DNA of 28,822 bases from Candidatus Aenigmatarchaeota archaeon (GTDB taxonomy: Archaea > Aenigmatarchaeota > Aenigmatarchaeia > Aenigmatarchaeales > JACQIB01), in contig JAWABM010000008.1 in assembly GCA_038999215.1 (NCBI GenBank), positions 1 through 28,822 on the forward strand. The letters are read 5' to 3'. Every line of letters begins with the position of its first letter. Within the stretch, counting starts at the first letter, position 1. This document shows, in pieces, positions 1 to 7,141 of this stretch. A model generated the notes under the pieces. That model searched no databases, had not been told where the DNA came from, and worked only from the letters and a program-made list of their open reading frames with translations. A program made the translations under genes and the position numbers.

Positions 1-38
1 ACAGGGACACGCCTCAGAAATGATTCAGAAGCCCTGCC

Positions 39-323
39 TCATTTTTTATCCAGTACCTTTATCAGATGCCAGCCGAACTGGGTCCTTATCGGTCCTATGA
101 TTGCGCCCTTGTCGCCAGCAAAGGCCGCGTTCTCGAACTCCCTGACCATTCGGCCGCGCGTGAACCAGCCTAGGTCGCCCCCGCGCTTGCCGCTGGGGCA
201 CTGCGATTTCAGCTGCGCCATCTTCCCGAAGTCCGCCTTCCCGGACGTTATCTCGGCCAGTATCTGCTTTGCTTCCTGCTCCGTTCGCACAAGTATGTGA
301 GCCGCATGCACTTCGCTTGCCAT
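39..323 (-). CDS. ppiC: Parvulin-type peptidyl-prolyl cis-trans isomerase
   Basis: HILV, SQCPSGKRGGDLGWF, MVREFE and TQFGWHLIKV are the rotamase motifs. Start taken at MASEV (323), downstream of a TTTAAA box. Confidence 0.95.
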   Translation of the reverse strand: MASEVHAAHILVRTEQEAKQILAEITSGKADFGKMAQLKSQCPSGKRGGDLGWFTRGRMVREFENAAFAGDKGAIIGPIRTQFGWHLIKVLDKK

Positions 324-392
324 GAGAAGCATACGGCGCTTGGCATATTTAAAAACATCATTTTTAAGAACAGGGGAAAAACAAAAGTAAGT

Positions 393-1094
393 ATGAAAAA
401 TCTATTAATCGCGGCATTGGTGCTTGCGCTGCTGGCGGTCCCGGCATTGGCAAAGGCCGATGCGGGCCAGGGCATGTCCGGCCAGCCCGAATCCAACGAT
501 ACAGGGCAGTTCGGAGAGCAGCAGGGCGATGGGAGCGGTGCCGGCGAGCAAATTCAGGAGCAAGATAGGGAACAGCTGCAAGAGCAGGAGCAGGCTGGGA
601 ATGTGACCCGCCTTAGGGAAATGATAAGGGAAAGGGAGCAGGAGCTCAACATGAGTCTCAAGGAAGTGAGGCAGGAGATGCGCAGCGCTTATGAAAACCA
701 GAACAGGGTGAGGGTTGCCGTGCATGCGCTGCTGTCTATGGAGAACCTGACGGGCGGCATAGGCAAGAACGTCTCTGCGATAGCGAAGGAATTCAACAAT
801 TCGGTGCAATCGACCTTGCGGGCCGAGGAGAAGATAGCCACAAGGAACGCCGTAATAAGGTTCCTGTTCGGCGGGGACGAGGCCGCGGCCAACGACCTCA
901 TAAACCAGACTGCCCAGAACAGCCTTAGGATAAGGGAGCTCGAGCAACTGAGGGACGAATGCGACTGCTCCGACGAGGTCAAGGCCGAATACGACAATCA
1001 GATACGGGTCTTGCAACAGGAGCAGGACAGGCTGAGGGCGCTTGCCCAGGAAGAGCTCGGCGCCAAGGGACTGTTCGGTTGGATGTTCAGGTGA
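393..1094 (+). CDS. Secreted Gln/Glu-rich coiled-coil hypothetical protein
   Basis: Signal peptide MKNLLIAALVLALLAVPALA, long helical E/Q/R-rich body and C-terminal KGLFGWMFR. Start moved to ATG 393. Confidence 0.8.
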   Translation: MKNLLIAALVLALLAVPALAKADAGQGMSGQPESNDTGQFGEQQGDGSGAGEQIQEQDREQLQEQEQAGNVTRLREMIREREQELNMSLKEVRQEMRSAYENQNRVRVAVHALLSMENLTGGIGKNVSAIAKEFNNSVQSTLRAEEKIATRNAVIRFLFGGDEAAANDLINQTAQNSLRIRELEQLRDECDCSDEVKAEYDNQIRVLQQEQDRLRALAQEELGAKGLFGWMFR

Positions 1095-1146
1095 TTTTGT
1101 CCTTGCCGTGAGGCAGGGATAAATCCTTTTTCTTCCAGATATTTTC

Positions 1147-2079
1147 ATGGCTTTCGCCACAGCTGGCATAGAGAAGGTCCTTGGCAGGGTGTTTGAGCTC
1201 GGCAAGGGCAAGGAGTATTCCGAGTTCCTTCCTGAGAGGTACCAGATGCTCTGGTCCACGATGCCGCCCGTAAGGAGGGCCGACCACGACCAGACGCTCA
1301 ACTACAGCCAGGTCGATGAGAAGGGCTGGAAGGGCGACATAGAATTCAAGCCTGCGGAGCTCATCTGCAAGGCCGACCAGAGGGTGTACGGTCTCGGGCT
1401 TTGTCCGGATTGCAGGGAGCAGATGGAGGTCTGCCACGAGGCCGGCGATGCGAGGATACGCTGCTCGTCCGGCAGGCATGAGGACAAGCCTTTCAGGGGG
1501 AGGTGCGGCTGCGGCCATGCTCTCGAGTTCTACCTGATAGGCAACGAGCGCACAACCATCCGCGAATACATGGTCAGGATGATTCTGGGCGGAACGCACA
1601 GCATAAGGAGGCCGCACAAGAACAGGGACAGCAGGCAAAGGTCCAAAGAAGAAGGGATGGCGGCAACCTCGAACTTCGTGCAGGCAATCGGCAATTTCAG
1701 CGCCGACGTCAGCGACGTCCTCTGGAGGCTCGAGGCTCTCGGCGAGGTAAGGACCGTCGATGCTCCCATGCGCAGCGACGCCAGGTACGCGTTCAGCCTC
1801 ACTGTGAAGGGCAGGGAAAGGCTGAAGCAGTTCTATGACACAAAGCTGGACCAGTTCTGCCTGCGCGAGCCTGTCGCCGAGTTCATGGAATGGGTGTTCG
1901 CGGACCTCACAGACATGCACGTCATAGAGGACTGCGACAGGAAGATAAGCGAGATCACCTACAAGGGCACGGAAACCCCGGTCTCCGAAAAGGTCGACGA
2001 ATACCATCTTTATGACGTCCGCAGGCCCGAGATGGGACATGCCGAGAAGTACTACAAGGAGCTGTGCGAATGGGAGTAG
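1147..2079 (+). CDS. Hypothetical protein with a Zn-ribbon (CPDC...C...H...CGCGH) and a winged-helix-like segment
   Basis: 310-aa ORF with host-like codon usage, a Cys/His cluster and a wHTH-like stretch VLWRLEALGEV...FSLTVKGRERL. Its stop overlaps the next gene's start. Confidence 0.75.
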   Translation: MAFATAGIEKVLGRVFELGKGKEYSEFLPERYQMLWSTMPPVRRADHDQTLNYSQVDEKGWKGDIEFKPAELICKADQRVYGLGLCPDCREQMEVCHEAGDARIRCSSGRHEDKPFRGRCGCGHALEFYLIGNERTTIREYMVRMILGGTHSIRRPHKNRDSRQRSKEEGMAATSNFVQAIGNFSADVSDVLWRLEALGEVRTVDAPMRSDARYAFSLTVKGRERLKQFYDTKLDQFCLREPVAEFMEWVFADLTDMHVIEDCDRKISEITYKGTETPVSEKVDEYHLYDVRRPEMGHAEKYYKELCEWE

Positions 2080-2912
2080 GCTTCCGCGTCTGGAAAAGCG
2101 ACATAAAGGGCTGGGAGTACTGCCCGTATTCGGTCTTCCTCAGGAGGATTAGGAAGGTCACGCCGCCAGTGACAAAGGAGCTCGTTTTCGCAAGGCTTGA
2201 GCACGACGCTGCCGTCGCCCTGCGCACGGCCGCCTATGATGCTGCGATTGAAAGGAAGGAAGGCCTTCCCAGGGCCGACCTTGCGGATCTTCCGTGCGGC
2301 TATTATGACCTGCCGGGCAAGCAGCCCGGCGCATTGGAAGCTTTCATATGGGAGCGTTTCCTGGAGAAGGCGGCTGACATCAAGAAGCGGAACCTCAAGG
2401 ACATCCGCAGGCTGGGAATATTCCAGGATGAGGTGCTTCAGCACATTGCCGGCTTTGCATGGCCCTCGCTGAAAGGCGCCGCGGAAGTGGCGGTCCATGC
2501 AGCGAAAATCCGCCCCGAACCTTCATGCAGGATGGCGTACGAAACCGAAAGGAAGCTCTGCACTGATGATGGGAAAATAGGCGCCAGGGCCGATATAGTC
2601 CTTTATTATGATGCCCTGCCTGCTGTCATGGAGGTGAGGAGGGGCAGGCAGAAAAGGGCGCTGTACGCCGACGAGGAAGTCGAGCTGGCGGTGACGCAGC
2701 TGTGCGCCAGCGAGAGCCTGGGGCACTGTGAAGGCGTGGCCCTTGTTTGGGCTGACACGCAGGGCTGCCTGGAATACGACGGCAGCGGGAAGTTCGGTTA
2801 TGTCAGGAAGGTGGCCGACGAGATAAGGGAGCTCACCTACACCTCGGCCGTGCCGAAGAGGAAGGACTGCGCAGGCTGCGTGCTTTACGGGCAGTGCGAC
2901 AGCCGCGGCTAA
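2070..2912 (+). CDS. Cas4-like PD-(D/E)XK / Fe-S protein with a degenerate active site
   Basis: N-terminal SDIKGWEYCPY, a conserved His (RLEH), GARADIV...MEVRRG and C-terminal CAGCVLYGQC give the 1+3 Cys layout of Cas4. AAGGAG lies upstream of ATG 2070. Confidence 0.75.
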   Translation: MGVGFRVWKSDIKGWEYCPYSVFLRRIRKVTPPVTKELVFARLEHDAAVALRTAAYDAAIERKEGLPRADLADLPCGYYDLPGKQPGALEAFIWERFLEKAADIKKRNLKDIRRLGIFQDEVLQHIAGFAWPSLKGAAEVAVHAAKIRPEPSCRMAYETERKLCTDDGKIGARADIVLYYDALPAVMEVRRGRQKRALYADEEVELAVTQLCASESLGHCEGVALVWADTQGCLEYDGSGKFGYVRKVADEIRELTYTSAVPKRKDCAGCVLYGQCDSRG

Positions 2913-2976
2913 GCCCGTTAACAAGGCCTAAAATCAAAAGCCTTGACTTTATTGCTGTCCAAACCGCGTAATGTTC

Positions 2977-3132
2977 TTAGAACTTCCTGTGCTTCTGGAA
3001 ACAGTCTCTGCAATACACCGGCTTTCCTTCTGTCGGCTTGAACGGGACTTCGCAGTCCTTGCCGCACTCTGTGCACTTTGCCGGGTGCATTTCCCTAGGT
3101 CCTCCGAAGGACCTTCTTTCTCCGAATGGCAT
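2977..3132 (-). CDS. CxxC-x17-CxxC domain small zinc-binding protein (51 aa, not in the ORF track)
   Basis: Manual translation MPFGERRSFGGPREMHPAKCTECGKDCEVPFKPTEGKPVYCRDCFQKHRKF contains the family signature EVPFKP...PVYCxxC. An AAGGTGA Shine-Dalgarno precedes the start. Confidence 0.93.
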   Translation of the reverse strand: MPFGERRSFGGPREMHPAKCTECGKDCEVPFKPTEGKPVYCRDCFQKHRKF

Positions 3133-3366
3133 TTTTATTTCACCTTACTTTTTATTTCGCCCTTGCGGGCGCTACCGACTGTTGGTGTCCGCCTTTTATA
3201 AACACATCACCCTTCGCCAAGTTTATGGCCGGGCGCTCTTCCGGGCCATTGAAATATACCCCCAAATCCACAATCACGGCAGGCGCCGAAAGGAACGTTC
3301 TCACTGCAGCGTGGGCGTATAAGAATTTTATTCGGATTTTTGCATATTTTATCCAAGGGGCATGGC

Positions 3367-5169
3367 ATGAAATATAGCAATTACGCGATAATAGGTTTGG
3401 TTCTCTTTTTCCTAGCCCCTGCCATAGCGCTCGCTTCTCCATACCCTTACGAGCTGCAAGGCGGGGCCACCACTAATGCTAACAGCACGCTGCCGATTGT
3501 CCCATTGGCGGCAGCGGGTGTTGCGCTTCTCGGCTGTTACGGCGCAGTCTGCTATCTTTCGAACGGTGAGACCTACTCGTATCCTGGTCCGGCGACAAAG
3601 CGCACCATAACAGATTGGGAGAGCCGCTATGGAGTGCTTGCCAATCCGGGCCCAGGTTATGATCCAGAGGCAAAGGACCCTGTAGTAGACTTCTTGATAG
3701 GCGGTTGCGTCTATGACAAGGATCCTGCTTGGTGTGCTTTCGATGTTGGTACCCTTGCATTGTCATTCATGCCTGCGGGTTGGATTGGCAAGGGCGGCAA
3801 GGTAGTGACGACCGGAACAAAGGTATTGAAAGGAGTTGATGAAGCAAAAGATGTAGTGAAGGTATCAAAGGCGGCATATACCTTCAGCGAATCCACTAAA
3901 ATCGTTTCAAAGGAAGGCAACTTTTGGTATAAGATATTTAACAAGGAAGGCAGATTGCTGCAGCTTGACGCGCCCCATGGAACATATAATTTTTGGCACT
4001 GGAATTCTGAAATAATAGGGGTCGTTGATCACCTGCCTTTGGGTACTTCGATAAAAATAGGTGCGGCCACCATAGGCATAACCGAAAGGACTTATCGCAT
4101 GGTGAACGGCAGGCCTGCGGAAATAGTCAAGACGGAAAGCGGTGCTTATTATGATTTGACGAACGAGCAGTGTATATTGCCTGATTGGATCGCCTCATCC
4201 AGCAATTCTACGTCCACCACTTCTTGTAGTATAGACAAACCCGTCAACGTTAATAATACCGCTGCTTCACTGGGCACTTCTAACAACTTGACGTGCTCTG
4301 TCACAAAGCCTCCTGCTCAATCGGGCAATTCCACCATCAACTGGATTACATCGGGTTCATCGTTCCTTTCGAACGTCTTAAAGCCGTCTGCGCCAAGCAA
4401 CAATCTGGTGTGCAGCGCGCCCGCTCCAGGAAATTCGACGAGCATAACTAAGCCTTCGGCTCCGCAGTCCGGCGGATCCTCAGGCGGAAGTTGCGGAGGT
4501 TCATCTGGCGGCTCAGGAGGCGGTTTCTGGAGCAGCATATTCGGGGGCGGTTCAAGTGGAGGGTCTTCTGGCGGTAGTGGAGGGTATTGCGGATCAGGAG
4601 GCTCCGGAGGCGGTGGCACAAGCTCTGGCGGGTCCGGTGGAGGCAGTTCAGGCGGAAGCAGCGGCGGCTCTTCAGGCGGATCAAGCGGGGGCAGCTCGGG
4701 CGGCTCTTCAGGCGGTAGTTCTGGCGGATCCGGTGGTGGAAGTAGCGGAGGAAGCTCTGGTGGCAGTTGCGGTGGATCGTCTGGTGGAAGTTCCGGTGGT
4801 AGTTCGGGTGGAGGAAGTTCAGGCGGTAGTTCTGGCAGATCCGGTGGCGGAGGCTGTTTCCTCACGACTGCCATGTGCGGAGAGCTCGGCCTGCCAGACG
4901 ACTGCGTTGAGCTCCAGACCCTCAGGCGCTTCAGGGACACTTATATGCTCGCTTCGCCAGAGCGCGTGGCGATGGTGAAGGAATACTATGCAAAGGCGCC
5001 CGCTGTTGTCGCAGCGCTGGCGGCGCTGCCGAACAGGAAGGAAATCTATGCTGAGATGAGGAGAACTTTCATCTTGCCGGCAGTAGAGGCTGTGAATGCA
5101 GGTGACAATGCGCTTGCGATGGAATTGTACGTGAAGGGCATATCCTTCGCGCTCGGCTTCCTTAACTAG
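3367..5169 (+). CDS. Secreted toxin-like protein with a Ser/Thr stalk, Gly/Ser linker and C-terminal CFI-box-CTERM domain
   Basis: Signal peptide MKYSNYAIIGLVLFFLAPAIALA; pre-toxin-like segment DVGTLALSFMPAGWIGKGGKVV; His cluster LDAPHG..WHWN..DHLP; GGSS repeats; C-terminal GGCFLTTAMC...ELQTLRRFRD...EYYAKAP. Confidence 0.8.
   Translation: MKYSNYAIIGLVLFFLAPAIALASPYPYELQGGATTNANSTLPIVPLAAAGVALLGCYGAVCYLSNGETYSYPGPATKRTITDWESRYGVLANPGPGYDPEAKDPVVDFLIGGCVYDKDPAWCAFDVGTLALSFMPAGWIGKGGKVVTTGTKVLKGVDEAKDVVKVSKAAYTFSESTKIVSKEGNFWYKIFNKEGRLLQLDAPHGTYNFWHWNSEIIGVVDHLPLGTSIKIGAATIGITERTYRMVNGRPAEIVKTESGAYYDLTNEQCILPDWIASSSNSTSTTSCSIDKPVNVNNTAASLGTSNNLTCSVTKPPAQSGNSTINWITSGSSFLSNVLKPSAPSNNLVCSAPAPGNSTSITKPSAPQSGGSSGGSCGGSSGGSGGGFWSSIFGGGSSGGSSGGSGGYCGSGGSGGGGTSSGGSGGGSSGGSSGGSSGGSSGGSSGGSSGGSSGGSGGGSSGGSSGGSCGGSSGGSSGGSSGGGSSGGSSGRSGGGGCFLTTAMCGELGLPDDCVELQTLRRFRDTYMLASPERVAMVKEYYAKAPAVVAALAALPNRKEIYAEMRRTFILPAVEAVNAGDNALAMELYVKGISFALGFLN
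4468..4854 (+). repeat. Gly/Ser low-complexity linker, (GGSS)n, about 129 codons
   Basis: The translation shows tandem GGSS/GGSG units encoded by mixed synonymous codons. Confidence 0.95.
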
Positions 5170-5668
5170 AACCGATCCTTTCCCTTCTTTTTTCAGAAAC
5201 ATCGACTGGCCTCAATTCCAGATTTTTTACCAGTTTATCCTTTAGCGCCCTTTCATCTCTGCCCATCTTGTCTTCGACGAATGCTACAAGATCCTTGTCC
5301 ATGTACAGCCAGGCCAGTCTGCTCTTCATTCTTCTTGTTGTTGTAAGGAGGGCGATGACTAAGGCCGCGGCCGATATTGCAAGGGATATTGCCGCCCATC
5401 TCAAAAGGTCTATGTATGTTAACAGCGAGAATAGGAATCCGCCTGACAGCAACACGGCAAAAAACGCAAGCGATACGAATGAGGATTGGACCAGGGCGCC
5501 TTTGGCCGTTTTCGCATCAAGTTCTGTGACGCCGGTCTTGGCGTGGAGCTCCCTTATGCCCCTTCTCACGTATGTGGCATAGACCCCAGAATTATAATGT
5601 TCGCTCAACAGTTCTTTTAGTTCCTTATGCCCTTTCCCGGAGCCGTATCTGTAGTAAGAAATTCCCAT
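5162..5668 (-). CDS. Small membrane protein with two predicted TM helices
   Basis: Two hydrophobic stretches (FVSLAFFAVLLSGGFLFSLL and WAAISLAISAAALVIALL). Its stop overlaps the stop of the convergent secreted protein. Confidence 0.75.
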   Translation of the reverse strand: MGISYYRYGSGKGHKELKELLSEHYNSGVYATYVRRGIRELHAKTGVTELDAKTAKGALVQSSFVSLAFFAVLLSGGFLFSLLTYIDLLRWAAISLAISAAALVIALLTTTRRMKSRLAWLYMDKDLVAFVEDKMGRDERALKDKLVKNLELRPVDVSEKRRERIGSS

Positions 5669-5872
5669 AAATATTATCTTTAAACGGAGAATTATTTAAT
5701 AAAGTTTTAAGATAGATTTGCCTATATTATATACCTGAACAGGGCCATTAATTCCATATAGGATGAAAACATCCATATGGCGGTATACGGCAAAAAGGAG
5801 CCGTTTTATTCGTTTTTTGACGTTTAGGGGTATGTTTACTGCCGTTTGGCAGTAAATCTTTATAAGGCACGG

Positions 5873-6064
5873 ATGACATGTTATGTAAAGCTGGTGGTAA
5901 ACATCAAGTGCGATATCTGCAAAATATTGCTCACAGAGACCAACATAGGATTCGTGAGCAGGCCGTTGAAGGGAAAGCGCGTTCAGGTTTGCAGAAGGTG
6001 CCATAACCACAGCAAGAAGAGGAACAGGGACAGGAAGCTCAGCGACTCCTGGACTTTGGTCTGA
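5873..6064 (+). CDS. Putative small zinc-finger protein (CDIC...CRRC)
   Basis: Two CxxC pairs and a basic tail. The TTTATAA box at about 5859 would better fit a GTG start at 5894. Confidence 0.55.
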   Translation: MTCYVKLVVNIKCDICKILLTETNIGFVSRPLKGKRVQVCRRCHNHSKKRNRDRKLSDSWTLV

Positions 6065-6145
6065 GGCAAGGCACCCCTTTTCTGTTTTTTCCCGTCCCAG
6101 CTTTGGCTATGTTAAATTTGCGGAAAGAGGAAACAAAAAGGTTCC

Positions 6146-6328
6146 CTATTTCTTGCACGCGAGGTGATGACCCTTGACGACCTTCCAGAGCTTCTTGGTC
6201 ATCTCCGACGGGCCCATGTCCTTCGTTCCGAAGACCTGCCCCAAGGTCATGTGCTTGACTTTTGTGAAGTTCACGCAATATCCGCCAAAGGCCTTTTTCT
6301 TTTTCTTGAATATCTTGTGTAAGACCAT
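6146..6328 (-). CDS. Small basic protein resembling a partial SWIB/MDM2 domain
   Basis: VFGTKDMGPSEMTKKLWKVVKGHHL resembles the SWIB helix motif (..RTEVTKKLWxYIKxHxL). A TTTATAT box lies about 23 nt before ATG 6328. Confidence 0.65.
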   Translation of the reverse strand: MVLHKIFKKKKKAFGGYCVNFTKVKHMTLGQVFGTKDMGPSEMTKKLWKVVKGHHLACKK

Positions 6329-6350
6329 GATGATTTTTGTGCGGCCCGCC

Positions 6351-6370
6351 ATATAAAGTAAAGCTTTAAG
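6351..6370. promoter_or_regulatory. Back-to-back archaeal TATA boxes for the SWIB-like and ZIP genes (leaderless type)
   Basis: TTTATAT on the minus strand (6351-6357) and AAAG-CTTTAAG on the plus strand (6360-6370), each about 23-24 nt from its ATG. Confidence 0.6.
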
Positions 6371-6394
6371 CGGTGCGCCTGCTTTACATTCCTT

Positions 6395-7141
6395 ATGTTG
6401 GAGTACATCATTATCGCCACCGTGCTTTCGGGTCTGCTCGGCCTGGCCGGAGGCGTGCTTCTTCTATTCAGAAAATCCTTCGCCGTGCGACTCTCGCCTT
6501 TCCTTGTAAGCTACGCCGCAGGCGCGCTTTTCGCATCCGCGTTTTTATGCCTGATGCCTGAGGCGCTCGCTCTTAATTCCTCCGCAACGATATTCAGCTC
6601 CATGCTCGGTGGCGTGCTGGTGTTTTATTTCATGGAGAGGTTCCTCCACTGGTATCATCACCACGAGTGCGGGGACGAGCGTTGCGAGTGCAGGGCAAGC
6701 TCCTTCAGCTACATGCTCGTTGTCGGTGACAGCACACATAATTTCGTGGACGGAGTGATAATAGCCTCAACTTTCCTGGGGGACTTCGCTCTCGGCGTCG
6801 TCACAGCGGTTGCCGTGCTCATTCACGAGATACCGCAGGAGATAGGCGACTTCGGCGCAATGCTGCACGGAGGCATGGGAAAAAAGGGCGTGCTGCTCTA
6901 CAACATCGCCTCGGCGTTAGTATCCGTCGTGGGGGCAATCCTGGCGTACTTTTTCTTCATGTCTGTTGAGGCGCTGCTGCCTTTCATACTCGCTTTCGCG
7001 GCAGGCGGATTCATATACATAGCCGGTACTGACCTGTTACCTGAGACGCACAAAGAGAAGAAGTTCCAGCTTTCGCTCATGCACGCGCTTGCTCTTGTGG
7101 TCGGTGTTCTGACAATCTGGTTTGTAGAGTATATGGTATAG
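6395..7141 (+). CDS. zupT: ZIP family divalent metal (zinc) transporter
   Basis: HWYHHH loop, GDSTHNFVDG, HEIPQEIGDF and GGFIYIAGTDLLPE motifs; about 8 TM helices. Confidence 0.95.
   Translation: MLEYIIIATVLSGLLGLAGGVLLLFRKSFAVRLSPFLVSYAAGALFASAFLCLMPEALALNSSATIFSSMLGGVLVFYFMERFLHWYHHHECGDERCECRASSFSYMLVVGDSTHNFVDGVIIASTFLGDFALGVVTAVAVLIHEIPQEIGDFGAMLHGGMGKKGVLLYNIASALVSVVGAILAYFFFMSVEALLPFILAFAAGGFIYIAGTDLLPETHKEKKFQLSLMHALALVVGVLTIWFVEYMV

Noticed and set aside
2971..3201. Plus-strand 76-aa ORF (MFLELPVLLETVSAIHRL...)
   Set aside because: It is the antisense shadow of the CxxC-x17-CxxC gene, which has the family motif and an SD.
4317..4940. Pro-rich minus-strand ORF (PPELPP repeats)
   Set aside because: It is the antisense reading of the GGSS linker.
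5696..6010. 104-aa minus-strand ORF across the intergenic hairpins
   Set aside because: No motif, atypical composition, and it overlaps the better-supported Zn-finger ORF and promoter elements.
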